DNA of 64,000 nt, taken from positions 6,385-70,384 of the forward strand of contig CAVSFM010000004.1 in the NCBI GenBank assembly GCA_963727305.1. Reading direction: 5' to 3'. Under the pieces are notes generated by a model, which did not search any database, was not told the origin of the DNA, and saw only the letters and a list, made by a program, of their open reading frames with translations. A program made the translations under genes and the position numbers. The stretch comes from an uncultured Pseudomonadota bacterium (lineage in GTDB: Bacteria; Pseudomonadota; Gammaproteobacteria; Steroidobacterales; Steroidobacteraceae). Shown one piece after another: positions 1 to 9,709 of this stretch (its first letter is position 1; every line of letters begins with the position of its first letter).

Positions 1-312
1 CGAATGGGCCGCCCGCAACTGAGCTCGACGTTCATTCGGTTGTCGCAGGCGCCCCAGACAGAAGGAGTCTCGGCGACAAACGCATCGGAAATCTTCCTCG
101 GATAGATGGACGTTAATCGCTGACGGCTCAGGATATTGCCGTCCGAGAGCCATTACATCGAGTCCTTCAAACGGCAAGTTCAGCTACGAGTAAATGAACG
201 AGCACTGTTCCTGACCATGGCCCATGCCCGCAGCCATTGCCGCAAACAGACTGCGGCGTGCCAGCGTGCCAGCCTGTCTCTATGCGCTCGTACACTTCAG
301 CGTCAGTAAGCA

Positions 313-804
313 TCACTGCAACCTGATCGGTAGAAGCACTGCATCTCTGCCACGGTTCGGCATCTGCGTCCCCGCGTTGGAAAGGTGGAGTAGATCCACA
401 CCCTCGACGCGCATCCAGTGAAAACGGTATGACAGCCCGAGCACGAACTCCGCGTGGCTGCCGTTAATGTAGTCCTCCCGCTGCAGGTACGCCGCCTCGA
501 GGCTGGCGCAAAATGAACCGCGACAGGTGACAATCCCGCCGTGCCAGTCCCAATTAGTTTCGGTTCGAGACGTTTCGCCCCAAAGCGTCGCGCCTACAAC
601 AAGAGCGAAGTTATTGCCTTGGGGAAAGCGCACATCCAGCCCCAACACTGGAGCCAAGCCACCCGTGCCGAATGCCATCCCCGGACGCACCACGATTTCG
701 GCGGCATAAACGTGCCGCCACAGGGGAAGAAGCAGCAGCAGGATGAACGCAAAGATCAGCAACCTCTCTTTCGGGTTGTTGCTGACGATCTTCGGTAGCT
801 TCAC
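313..804 (-). CDS. PagL-like lipid A deacylase / acyloxyacyl hydrolase family outer-membrane protein
   Basis: 163-aa ORF with a hydrophobic N-terminal signal (LLIFAFILLLLLPLW). Its C-terminal HLSNAGTQMPNRG matches the catalytic His/Ser segment I recall from P. aeruginosa PagL (HYSNAGLKQPNDG). It lies in lower-GC DNA. Confidence 0.65.
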   Translation of the reverse strand: MKLPKIVSNNPKERLLIFAFILLLLLPLWRHVYAAEIVVRPGMAFGTGGLAPVLGLDVRFPQGNNFALVVGATLWGETSRTETNWDWHGGIVTCRGSFCASLEAAYLQREDYINGSHAEFVLGLSYRFHWMRVEGVDLLHLSNAGTQMPNRGRDAVLLPIRLQ

Positions 805-1003
805 AAGTCCTCGATGTCCACCGGGGGGAAACAGGTCAGGGCAAGCTGCGCAGGCGCTCTCGAAGGAGGGGCCCGAGTGTAAATCTGGGAAGCGACGCTC
901 GATGTTAGTGGACGCCGCTAGTCAACTACGAACAACTCCTGATGCGCAGCGCAATGTCGAGGATCAACATTTAATAAGCATTAAAGTATCTGGGAGATTG
1001 AAA

Positions 1004-1294
1004 ATGAAACCGCTAATGCCAGCGATAACGGTAGGATTGGTAATGGCCAGCGGGGTGTTGTTCGGTCAGCAGGAAGTTATAGTTGAGGCACCAGGGCACG
1101 TGGCGACTTCCCCGACCGGTATACCCATCGATGTGCTTACGGTGAGACATGCGGTAGGTTATAAAGATATCGACATCACCACGAACTTGGGTGCGAAAGT
1201 TCTGAAGCAGCGCATCGAGGACGCGGCTAAGGCTGCCTGCAAGGAGATCGATACCCTGTATCCGAACGAAAACGATTCTGACCAGCAGGTCTGA
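1004..1294 (+). CDS. UrcA-family exported protein (function unknown)
   Basis: Frame of ORF 743..1294. The ATG at 1004 is preceded by GGGAGA. A signal peptide (MKPLMPAITVGLVMASGVLFG) is followed by VGYKDIDITTNLGAKVLKQRIEDAAKAACKE, the V.Y.DLDL...GA..L..RI..AA...C pattern typical of UrcA-family proteins. Confidence 0.6.
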   Translation: MKPLMPAITVGLVMASGVLFGQQEVIVEAPGHVATSPTGIPIDVLTVRHAVGYKDIDITTNLGAKVLKQRIEDAAKAACKEIDTLYPNENDSDQQV

Positions 1295-1407
1295 ATGCGA
1301 AAAAACTGCGATCGATCGTGGAATGGTTCAGGCGAACGCTGCGATTGCTGCCGCTGAAAAGGCCCGTCAACAAGAAGCTCGGGGGACGGATCTACGACGG
1401 GGACGGC

Positions 1408-2065
1408 TTTCAAATCAACGTCGGCCGAACGGAGTGCGATCAATTCCCCCCGTCGAGCGCCCGTCGTAATTGCCAGCACGACGGATGCGCAGCGCGGGCT
1501 AATCCGATTTGGCACAGAGCGTTGCGATAAAGCGGTTCACTGTTGAGCCGCTGCGGGTGAACTCCTGCGGTGCGAGGGTTTGACCCGTCTTTTTGTCCTT
1601 ATGTGGCTTGCCTCGCACAAACGTCTCCGACGCGAGCACATCGCGCGCCTTGGAGATTCGGTCCGCTGTAACTTCTGCCAGCGTGAGTCCTGCGAACTGC
1701 TTCGACCACCACTCCAGATGGCGCAACCGCGTAGCACGTTCCTTCTCCCCGAACTCCGCGAGTACGGTTTCCGCATAGTCCTTCGCGAGCGCATCGAAGC
1801 TTGTTCGCCTCGCCGCGGCGTATGGGAAATGTCGCGCTTCGCGCATCGCAGCTTCGACGGAAATCGCCCAAGCCTTTGCCTCTTTCAAGTTGGGAAAATT
1901 TGCGCTCTCAGGCGCGCGTCCTTTGGGTCTCACTTGCACGCGATACGTCACCTCCTGCGTATGCGGAGAAACGATGCGCTGTATGGATGCCACTGACTTT
2001 TCTCCCACTGCACCGCGTGCAGTTGCGAGTGTTGGTGGGGCCGTTTTACTGCACCGAATGTGCAC
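1408..2065 (-). pseudogene. Degenerate tyrosine recombinase (phage-type integrase) fragment
   Basis: ORF 1499..2065 encodes an integrase-like N-terminal SAM/arm region (...LKEAKAWAISVEAAMREARHF...LRHLEWWSKQFAGLTLAEVTADRI...). The catalytic-domain start (LAITTGARRGELIALRSADVDL) is in a different frame (ORF 1159..1515). About 40 aa of the expected linker are missing, and all recognisable similarity stops near 1408. The His/Arg/Tyr part of the active site is absent. Confidence 0.7.
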
Positions 2066-2127
2066 CGAATGAAAAGCGCAATAAGGCGACTGAGACGCTG
2101 AAGTGCCTGATTTTAAAGGGTTTTAAA

Positions 2128-2200
2128 TGGGGCGTGACGGAATCGAACCGTCGACCAGCGGATTAAAAGTCCGATGCTCTACCGACTGAGCTAACGCCCC
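2128..2200 (-). tRNA. tRNA-Lys (anticodon UUU)
   Basis: The reverse complement reads GGGGCGT TA GCTC AGTCGGTA GAGC A TCGGA CTTTTAA TCCGC TGGTC GACGG TTCGATT CCGTC ACGCCCC A. This is a 73-nt cloverleaf with a 7-bp acceptor stem, GTTCGATTC T-loop and anticodon loop CT-TTT-AA. CCA is not encoded. Confidence 0.92.
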
Positions 2201-2450
2201 ACACGTGTGGGCCCGCGGGCCGATATAGGGTCCGAAAAGTCAAGGGCGCGGGCGCGGAATAGTACTACAGTCAGGGTCACCCGTTCCGCGGATGGCTGAT
2301 CCAGGCGGGTGTTCGTGGACCTGTTCTACGGCCCAGGACCATCGCACCGGGATGCGTTGACGGCGGCCGCTGCGGCAGCCTAAATTCGTTTTTAATTACA
2401 TGCGCCGGCGACCCTGAGCCTCGCGCGCAATCCCCATAAGCTGCACACAA

Positions 2451-3786
2451 ATGCTGCCCGAAGCAAGGACCGTCCTGCATACCTGGTGCCGGCAAACTGA
2501 CTGGCATGCCCCCACCATCGTCGGTGGCGAGGGTGCCCGGCTGCTGACCGCCGAAGGACAGGCGATCCTCGACATGAGCAGCCTCGCGGAATGCAGCAAC
2601 CTCGGGCATCAGCACCCGAAAGTCGTTGAGGCGATCCGCACCCAGGCCGCGAGACTGTGCTTCGTGACCAGCGCCTGGGGCGCAGAGCCACGAGCGCGCC
2701 TTGCGGAGCTGTTGCTGGAAAAGGCCGGCTTTGATGGCGGTCGCGTGTTCTTCACGCTGGGCGGTGCGGACGGCAATGAGCACGCGGTCAAGTTCGCCCG
2801 GCAGGCCTCGGGGCGGCCCCGCGGCTGGGTCATCACGCGCGACCGCTCCTATCATGGCGCAAGCTACGCCGCGATGGCGCTCTCGGGTGACACCCGAACA
2901 GCTGCGCAGGCAGATCCGGCGACCTATCGCGTCATCCACGTGCCCCCGCCCTACGCGTACCGCTGCCCTTTCAATACGACGACGGCGGATGACTGCGGGC
3001 AGGCTGCCGCCGCGCAGGTTGCGGCGACGATCGATGCGCGCGGTGCCGGCGAGGTGGCGGCGGTCCTGATGGAACCCAACGCAGGCACGAACGGCATCGT
3101 GGCCCCGAGGACTTTCTGGCCGGCGTTACGCGAGGCGACTCGCGCCCGCGGCGTCTACCTCATCGCCGACGAGGTCATGAGCGGCTTTGGACGCTGCGGC
3201 GAATGGTTCGCCTGGCAGCGCTACGGCAGCGAGAACCGCCCCGACCTGATGACACTCGCCAAGGGCCTGACCGGTGCGCACGCGCCCCTCGGCGCCGTGC
3301 TGGTCACGGCTGAGGTGGCGCGCGTGCTCGAGACGCAGACCCTCATGACCGGCCTCACTTATTCCGGGCATCCGCTCTCCTGCGCTGCCGGGGTCGCTGC
3401 AATCGAGAGTTACCAGCAGGAAAACCTGATCAGCCGCTCGCGCACGCTGGGGGCGGCTCTCTACGCGCGTCTGCGCGAACTGCAGGCGCGCCATCCGCTG
3501 ATCGGCGACGTGCGTGGCGGTGATGGCCTGTTTGCCGTGCTCGAGCTGGTGCGCGATCGCGTCAGTCGCGCAGCCGCTCGCCCCGTGGCCGGAGATGCAC
3601 CCGGGCATCAAGGCGCTGCTGCAGCAGGGAATGGCGGCCGGCGTCTCCTTCGCCGCGCGCGGCAATCTCATCCTGCTGGCGCCGCCGCTCGTGATCGGTG
3701 AGCGCGATCTGGCAAAGGGCCTCGAGGTTCTCGATGGCCTGCTGGCGAATCTGGCACGGACGTTGCGCACTGAGGGGGTCGCATGA
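2451..3786 (+). CDS. Class-III (omega) aminotransferase, PLP-dependent; apparent frameshift near 3570
   Basis: ORF 2451..3701 is aminotransferase-like up to ...DVRGGDGLFAVLELVRDRVSR, then becomes Arg/Ala-rich nonsense. The genuine C-terminus (PLAPWPEMHPGIKALLQQGMAAGVSFAARGNLILLAPPLVIGERDL) continues in the +1 frame (ORF 3514..3786). Confidence 0.8.
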
Positions 3787-5351
3787 GCTTCAAACTAACC
3801 TACGCCACCATGTTCGAGCCGCCGGCCGCGCTGCACGCCAGCTTCGAGAGCGCGGTCGCGCGCGTGCGTGAGGACCTGGGAGGTCGCTACTTCCTGTACG
3901 TAAATGGCGAAGACCGGCCCACGGAGCGCTATTTCACCAAGACCAATCCGGCGAACACCGGCGAGGTACTCGGAGAGTTTGCGGCCGCCGGACCGCAGGA
4001 TGCGGACGCGGCGCTGCAGGCCGCCAGCGCCGCGTGGCCCGCGTGGCGGCGCACCCCCATCGCCGAGCGGGCGCGGCTCATGCGGCGCGTTGCGCAGCTC
4101 ATCGAGGAACGCGTCTACGACATCGCGGCCGCGCTGTCACTGGAAGTCGGCAAGAATCGCATGGAAGCCCTCGGCGAGGCGCAGGAGAGCGCCGATTTCT
4201 TCACCCTGTACACGCAGGAATTCGAGCGCCAGCGCGGTTTCGACCACGCACTGCCGGATGACCCGCTGACGAGCCACGTTTCGCACAACCGCAGCGTCTT
4301 GAAGCCCTATGGCCCCTGGGTCGTGATCGCACCGTTCAACTTTCCGCTCGCCCTCGCGGCCGGTCCCACCGCCGCGGCGCTCATCACCGGCAACACCGTG
4401 GTCGCCAAGGGCGCCAGTGCCACGCCCTGGGCGGACCGGCTGCTGGCCGATTGCATCCGCGATGCCGGCCTGCCGCCGGGGGTCTTCAACTACCTCAGCG
4501 GTCCGGGCGCTGTCACCGGCGCGACGCTCATCGCCCACCCGCTCACCGCGGGTGTGACCTTCACCGGCTCCTATGAGGTCGGCATGGGGATCGTGCGCGC
4601 CCTGCAATCCCCGCCCTTCCCGCGTCCTTGCATCGCCGAGATGGGCGGCAAGAACGCCTGCATCGTCACCGCCGGGGCCGATCTCGAGCGGGCGGCCCTC
4701 GGCATCGTGCGCTCGGCCTACGGGATGGGTGGCCAGAAATGCTCGGCGCTCTCGCGCCTCTACGTCGAGGAGCAGGTCGCTGACGGACTCATCGAGCGGT
4801 TGCTGGCGCAGATCAGCGCCATCCGCATCGGGGACCCGGTACGACGCGAGCACTGGCTCGGCCCGGTGACCACGGCGAGCGGCTACGAGAGCTACGCCCG
4901 CTACAGTGCGCAACTGCGCGCACACGGGGCGCGCATCCTGAGCGGCGGCGAACAACTGCGGCAGGAGGGCCTGGAGCGCGGGTTCTACGTACGCCCGACG
5001 CTTGCGGAAGCGCCCCTCACGCACCCATTGTGGAAGGAGGAACTGTTCCTGCCCATCCTGATGCTGCACCGCTTCACCTCACGCGATGCAGCCATGTCGC
5101 TGGCGAACGAGTCGTCCCTGGGACTCACGGCCGGTTTCTACGGCTCAGCCGAGGAAGTCGCCTGGTTCAATGACCACATCCAGGCGGGCGTAACCTATGC
5201 CAACCGTCCGCAGGGCGCCACCACCGGGGCGTGGCCGGGCTACCAGGCCTTCGGCGGCTGGAAGGGTTCCGGCAGCACAGGCAAGGCCATCGGCTCCTTT
5301 TATTACCTGCCGCAATACCTGCACGAGCAGTCGCAGACCGTGGTCGAGTAG
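3783..5351 (+). CDS. Aldehyde dehydrogenase of the 1-pyrroline-5-carboxylate (glutamate-semialdehyde) dehydrogenase type
   Basis: 522 aa. It has the ALDH catalytic motifs EMGGKNACIV and GQKCSALSRLYV. The N-terminal extension and C-terminal GYQAFGGWKGSGSTGKA tail resemble RocA/Thermus-type P5CDH. It overlaps the upstream stop by 4 nt. Confidence 0.85.
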   Translation: MSFKLTYATMFEPPAALHASFESAVARVREDLGGRYFLYVNGEDRPTERYFTKTNPANTGEVLGEFAAAGPQDADAALQAASAAWPAWRRTPIAERARLMRRVAQLIEERVYDIAAALSLEVGKNRMEALGEAQESADFFTLYTQEFERQRGFDHALPDDPLTSHVSHNRSVLKPYGPWVVIAPFNFPLALAAGPTAAALITGNTVVAKGASATPWADRLLADCIRDAGLPPGVFNYLSGPGAVTGATLIAHPLTAGVTFTGSYEVGMGIVRALQSPPFPRPCIAEMGGKNACIVTAGADLERAALGIVRSAYGMGGQKCSALSRLYVEEQVADGLIERLLAQISAIRIGDPVRREHWLGPVTTASGYESYARYSAQLRAHGARILSGGEQLRQEGLERGFYVRPTLAEAPLTHPLWKEELFLPILMLHRFTSRDAAMSLANESSLGLTAGFYGSAEEVAWFNDHIQAGVTYANRPQGATTGAWPGYQAFGGWKGSGSTGKAIGSFYYLPQYLHEQSQTVVE

Positions 5352-5353
5352 CC

Positions 5354-6202
5354 ATGCCGCTTTTGAGCCTTGCCGATGCGATCGCCCGTCACGTGCATGA
5401 CGGCCAGAGCGTGGCGCTCGAGGGCTTCACCCACCTCATTCCCTTCGCGGCCGGTCACGAGATCATCCGCCAGCAGCGGCGCCACCTGCACCTGATCCGC
5501 ATGACGCCGGACCTGATCCACGACCAGATGATCGGCGCCGGGTGCGCCGCCCGCCTGACGTTTTCCTGGGGCGGCAATCCGGGCGTCGGCTCACTCTACC
5601 GACTGCGCGATGCCATCGAAAAAGGGTGGCCGCAGCCGCTTGCGATCACGGAACGCACGCACGCGCAGATGGCCGTGGCCTACCAGGCCGGGGCCAGCGG
5701 CCTGCCCTGCGGGATCATGCGCCACTACGGACCGACGGATCTGGATCGCGCGTGGGCCAGTGAGGCCGCGCCCCTGAGCTGTCCCTTCACCGGCGCCGCG
5801 CTGCTGGCGATCCCGGCCATCAACCCGGACGTCACGATTCTGCACGCGCAGCGCGTCGATGCGCAGGGCAACGTGCTCATCGAGGGCATCCTCGGTGCGG
5901 CACGCGAAGCGGCGCTCGCGGCCCGCACGCTGCTGGTGACGGTCGAGGAACAGGTCGAGCAGCTGCAGGCGCCGCCCAACGCCATCGTGTTGCCGCACTG
6001 GATGGTCACGGCGGTCAGTCTGGTGCCCGGGGGCGCGCATCCTTCCTACGCCGCCGGTTACTACGAGCGCGACAACCGCTTCTACGTCGCGTGGGACGAC
6101 ATCGCACGCGAGCGCGAACGGTTTCAGGCCTGGATGGGCGAGTACGTGCATGCCAGCCGTGATCATGCCGAGCTGCTGCAGCGCCTGAAGATCGCCGCAT
6201 GA
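5354..6202 (+). CDS. CoA-transferase subunit A (glutaconate/3-oxoacid CoA-transferase family I)
   Basis: ATG at 5354, 2 nt after the ALDH stop, in the frame of ORF 5231..6202. MPLLSLADAIARHVHDGQSVALEGFTHLIPFAAGHEIIRQ... is typical of GctA-like alpha subunits. Confidence 0.8.
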   Translation: MPLLSLADAIARHVHDGQSVALEGFTHLIPFAAGHEIIRQQRRHLHLIRMTPDLIHDQMIGAGCAARLTFSWGGNPGVGSLYRLRDAIEKGWPQPLAITERTHAQMAVAYQAGASGLPCGIMRHYGPTDLDRAWASEAAPLSCPFTGAALLAIPAINPDVTILHAQRVDAQGNVLIEGILGAAREAALAARTLLVTVEEQVEQLQAPPNAIVLPHWMVTAVSLVPGGAHPSYAAGYYERDNRFYVAWDDIARERERFQAWMGEYVHASRDHAELLQRLKIAA

Positions 6203-7026
6203 GCGCTCCCGGTTACACCGCCGATGAGATGATGACCGTGACGGCCGCGCGGCAGTTGCGCGACAAGGCCGTCTGCTTCGTCGGCATCGGCCTGCCGAGC
6301 GCGGCCTGCAACCTCGCGCGGCGCACGCACGCGCCGCAGCTGGTGCTGATCTATGAGTCCGGTACCGTGGGCACCCGGCCGCGGGTGCTGCCACTGTCCA
6401 TCGGCGATGGGGAACTCGCCGAGACGGCCACCGTCGTGGTGCCGCTTCCGGAGGTGTTCGCGCACTACCTGCAGCGCGGGCGCGTGGACTTCGGCTTCCT
6501 CGGCGCGGCTCAGATCGATCGCCACGGCAACCTCAACAGCACCGTGATTGGTGACTATGCGCAGCCGAAGGTGCGTCTGCCCGGCTCGGGCGGCGCACCC
6601 GAGATCGCCACACACGCGCGCGAGGTGCTGCTGATCATGAAGCAGTCCCCGCGCAGCTTCGTCCCAAGGCTGGATTTCATGACCAGCGCCGGGTACCTCG
6701 AGGGCAGCGGGGCGCGCCGCCGCGCCGGCTACCCGGGTCTCGGCCCGCGGGCGGTGATTACCGACTACGGCATCCTGCGCCCGCATCCGGAGACCGAAGA
6801 ACTCGAACTCACCGCCCTCTATCCCGGGGTGACGGTGGAGGCGGTGCGCCGGGCAACCGGCTGGCCGCTGCAGGTCGCCGCCTCCCTCGAGCAGCTGCCG
6901 CCCCCGCAGGCTGAGGATCTCAAGGTTCTGCGCGAAATGCAGGCCGCGACTGAGCGCGGCCCACAGCACGCCGGTGCGCATCCGCCTGCCCGGTGCAACG
7001 ACTTCTCCGCACTCACCCTAAGGTAA
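6199..7026 (+). CDS. CoA-transferase subunit B (catalytic-Glu ESG motif)
   Basis: 275 aa with a 4-nt overlap with subunit A. LVLIYESGTVG contains the conserved ESG glutamate of family-I CoA-transferase beta subunits. Also has GAAQIDRHGNLNST and LPGSGGAPEIA. Confidence 0.8.
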   Translation: MSAPGYTADEMMTVTAARQLRDKAVCFVGIGLPSAACNLARRTHAPQLVLIYESGTVGTRPRVLPLSIGDGELAETATVVVPLPEVFAHYLQRGRVDFGFLGAAQIDRHGNLNSTVIGDYAQPKVRLPGSGGAPEIATHAREVLLIMKQSPRSFVPRLDFMTSAGYLEGSGARRRAGYPGLGPRAVITDYGILRPHPETEELELTALYPGVTVEAVRRATGWPLQVAASLEQLPPPQAEDLKVLREMQAATERGPQHAGAHPPARCNDFSALTLR

Positions 7027-7031
7027 CCACC

Positions 7032-8357
7032 ATGGCCTCCCCGCACATCCGCACGTCGCTCCCCGGACCCAAAGCCCAGGCCCTGCTGGCGCGCGATCGC
7101 GCCGTCAGTTCGCCCTCCTATCCGCGCGACTATCCGTTCGTGATCGCCAAGGGACGCGGCGCCGAGGTCTGGGACGTCGACGGCAACCGGTTTCTCGACT
7201 TCGCTGCCGGCATCGCCGTGTGCAGCACCGGGCACGCGCATCCGGAGGTCGTGCAGGCCATCAAGAACGCCGCCGACGAGTTCCTGCACATCTCCAGTGA
7301 TTACTGGCACGAGCGCATGACCCGTCTCGGCGAGCGCATCAACGAGCTCGATCCCCTGGGTGAGCCGGTGCAGATACTGATCTGCCAGAGCGGCACCGAA
7401 TCGGTCGAGGGAGCCCTGAAGCTCGCCCGCTACGTCACCGGACGTCCCCGCTTCATCGGCTTTCTGGGCGGATTCCACGGCCGCTCCATGGGCTCGCTCA
7501 GCTTCACGGCCAGCAAGTACACCCAGCAGGCGGGCTTCTTCCCGACCATGCCCGGGGTCACGCACGTGCCTTATCCGAACCTCTATCGGCCGCTCCTGGC
7601 CGGTGCCGACCAGGGGCGCGCGGTGCTGGAGTACATCGAGAACGTGCTGTTTGCGTGCAACGTCCCCGCCAGCGAGGTCGCGGCGATCCTGGTCGAACCG
7701 ATCCAGGGTGAAGGCGGTTATCTCGTGCCGCCGGATGGGTTTCTGACCGGCCTGCGGTCCTTGTGTGACCGGCACGGGATCCTGCTCATATTCGATGAAG
7801 TGCAAAGCGGCATCGGCCGCACCGGCAAGATGTTCGCCGCCGAGCACTGGGGCGTGCGTCCGGACATCATGACCCTCGCCAAGGGCCTCGGCTCGGGTCT
7901 GCCGATCGGGCTCGTGGTCGCCAAGAAGACCATCATGGAAAAATGGAAGCGCGGCGCCCACGGCAACACCTACGGCGGCAATCCGATCTGCTGCGCGGCG
8001 GCGCTGGCGACGCTCGACCTGGTGCAGCGTGAGTACGCCGCCAATGCGGCGCAGGTCGGCGCCTACTTCCAGGGGCGGCTGCGCGAGCTGCAGAAGGAGT
8101 TCGAGTGCATCGGCGATGTCCGCGGCAAGGGCCTGATGCTCGGCGCCGAACTGATCACCGATCGCGCCAGCCGCAAGCCCGCCGCCGCGCTGTGCCAGCG
8201 CGTGCTGACCCGCGCCTACCACAACGGGCTCATCCTGCTGTCCTGCGGGACCAGCACGGTGCGCTTCATCCCGCCGCTGATGGTCAGCCGCGAGCAGGTC
8301 GATGAAGCCGTCGGCCTGCTCAAGACAGCCTTGAGCGAAGCGCTGGCGGAGAGTTGA
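7032..8357 (+). CDS. Class-III aminotransferase, 4-aminobutyrate/omega-amino-acid type (GabT-like)
   Basis: ATG at 7032 (MASPHIRTSLPGPKAQALLARD...) in the frame of ORF 6993..8357. Shows DVDGNRFLDFAAGIAVCSTGHAHPEVVQAI, FDEVQSGIGRTGKMFAAEHWGVRPDIMTLAKGLGSGLPIG (PLP lysine region) and a C-terminal SCGTSTVRFIPPL. Confidence 0.85.
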   Translation: MASPHIRTSLPGPKAQALLARDRAVSSPSYPRDYPFVIAKGRGAEVWDVDGNRFLDFAAGIAVCSTGHAHPEVVQAIKNAADEFLHISSDYWHERMTRLGERINELDPLGEPVQILICQSGTESVEGALKLARYVTGRPRFIGFLGGFHGRSMGSLSFTASKYTQQAGFFPTMPGVTHVPYPNLYRPLLAGADQGRAVLEYIENVLFACNVPASEVAAILVEPIQGEGGYLVPPDGFLTGLRSLCDRHGILLIFDEVQSGIGRTGKMFAAEHWGVRPDIMTLAKGLGSGLPIGLVVAKKTIMEKWKRGAHGNTYGGNPICCAAALATLDLVQREYAANAAQVGAYFQGRLRELQKEFECIGDVRGKGLMLGAELITDRASRKPAAALCQRVLTRAYHNGLILLSCGTSTVRFIPPLMVSREQVDEAVGLLKTALSEALAES

Positions 8358-9709
8358 CTCAGCCCACCGCGGCCGCGCCGGCCGCCAAGCGTGCGCTGGG
8401 GTTCTGGATGGCCACCGCACTGGTGGTCGGCAACATCATTGGTGCCGGGATCTTTGTCATGCCCGCGGCGCTGGCGCCGTTCGGGCTCAATGCACTGACC
8501 GGCTGGCTGGTTACCGTTGCCGGCTGTGCGTGCCTTGCGATCGCCTTCGCCGATCTGGCGCGACGCTTTCCGCACGATGACGGTCCGTATGCGTACACAC
8601 AGCGCGCCTTCGGGCCCGCCGCGGCGTTCATCGTCATGTGGTGCTACTGGGTGTCGGTGTGGGTGGCGAATGCGGCGATCGCGATCGGCGTCGTCGGCTA
8701 CGTCATGTTCTTTGTTCCCGCCCTCGCCGCCAGCACGGTACTGCCACCGCTGCTCGCACTCGCACTCGTGTGGGTCTTCGTCCTCATCAACCTGCGCGGC
8801 GTGCGCACGGCCGGCTGGGTGCAGGTGCTTACGACCCTGCTCAAGCTCGTGCCGCAGGCCGCCGTCGTGCTGCTCGGCGTCACGCTGCTGCTGACCCATC
8901 CGCACGTCTATAAGGAGCACCTGCCGCCCAATCCGGCCTCCTGGCGCGAGGTCGCGAGCGTCAGCTCGATCGCGCTGTTCGCCATGCTCGGCCTCGAATG
9001 CGCCACGATCCCGGCGGCGCGCGTGCGCGACCCGCAGCGCACGATCCCGCGCGCCACGCTCGCCGGCACGCTGATCGCCGCAGTCATCTACATCTGCATC
9101 TCGGTCGTTCCCATGTTCCTGATACCGCAGCACGAGCTCGCCGCTTCCAATGCGCCGTTCGCGGATCTGTTCGCCCAGCGGCTCGGCGGCAACTGGGGCG
9201 CCCTCCTGGCGGCGTTCGTCGCCATCAGCGGCCTTGGAGCGCTCAATGGCTGGACGCTGGTCATCGGGGAAGTCACCCAGACCATGGCCAAGCACCGCGG
9301 TTTCCCGCCGGCGCTGGCGCGGGAAAATGCACACGCCGCCCCGGCGCGCGCCTTCATCTTCACCGGGATCGTCACGAGCATCATGCTGCTGTGCAACTAC
9401 GTGGGCTCGGTGGCCCAGATGTTCGTCTTCCTGAGCCTGATCGCCACGAATCTGACGCTGCCGCTGTATCTGGTCGATGCGCTGGCGGTGCTGCGGCTGA
9501 AGAACGTGCCCGGCGCAGCGCGCGTGCCGGCGCTGCTGCGCGGTGCCGCGGCGATTCTTGCCGCGCTCTACTGCGGCTGGATCCTCTATGGCGTCGAGGC
9601 ACGCCCGCTCCTGGCGGGGGTCGGCTTCGGGCTCGCGGGGGTACCGGTTTATCTTTGGTCGCTGCGCCGGGAGAAACGGGCGCTGGCTGCCACGGGCACC
9701 CTCACCTAG
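8354..9709 (+). CDS. APC-superfamily permease of the basic amino acid/polyamine antiporter (APA; AdiC/CadB/PotE-like) type
   Basis: 451 aa with a TTG start overlapping the upstream stop. About 12 hydrophobic segments. [18 protein letters not shown] and [12 protein letters not shown] align well with my recollection of AdiC (MVSGNIMGSGVFLLPANLA, GSYAYARRCFGP). Confidence 0.8.
   Translation: MTQPTAAAPAAKRALGFWMATALVVGNIIGAGIFVMPAALAPFGLNALTGWLVTVAGCACLAIAFADLARRFPHDDGPYAYTQRAFGPAAAFIVMWCYWVSVWVANAAIAIGVVGYVMFFVPALAASTVLPPLLALALVWVFVLINLRGVRTAGWVQVLTTLLKLVPQAAVVLLGVTLLLTHPHVYKEHLPPNPASWREVASVSSIALFAMLGLECATIPAARVRDPQRTIPRATLAGTLIAAVIYICISVVPMFLIPQHELAASNAPFADLFAQRLGGNWGALLAAFVAISGLGALNGWTLVIGEVTQTMAKHRGFPPALARENAHAAPARAFIFTGIVTSIMLLCNYVGSVAQMFVFLSLIATNLTLPLYLVDALAVLRLKNVPGAARVPALLRGAAAILAALYCGWILYGVEARPLLAGVGFGLAGVPVYLWSLRREKRALAATGTLT

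Larger units (their letters stand above)
1..2127. mobile_element. Remnant of a genomic island at the 3' end of tRNA-Lys (degenerate integrase plus lower-GC cargo). The distal boundary cannot be identified in this window.
   Basis: Degenerate tyrosine-integrase frames (1408-2065) begin 62 nt from the 3' end of tRNA-Lys (2128). DNA from 1 to ~2100 is visibly less GC-rich than the rest of the window and carries two orphan envelope-related genes. I found no direct repeat of the tRNA 3' end between 1 and 2100. Confidence 0.45.

Noticed and set aside
1-312. Partial ORFs at the left edge (plus-strand ...MGRPQLSSTFIRLSQAPQTEGVSATNASEIFLG-stop; a minus-strand ORF starting at about 150 and running off the window)
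   Set aside because: Neither translation resembles anything I recognise, and both are very short. There is not enough evidence to call a gene.
1-2100. Search for an attL-type direct repeat of the tRNA-Lys 3' end to delimit the island
   Set aside because: No copy of ggcgtgacggaatcgaa or a recognisable part of it appears in this interval. The boundary, if it exists, is outside the window.
6819-8420. 533-aa minus-strand ORF antisense to the GabT-like aminotransferase. The same applies to 8216..9334, 8998..10503, 21245..22795, 27830..29164, 33192..34349, 42248..43294 and 44424..45524.
   Set aside because: All overlap convincingly coding genes on the other strand, and their translations are compositional noise. 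They are treated as shadow ORFs.
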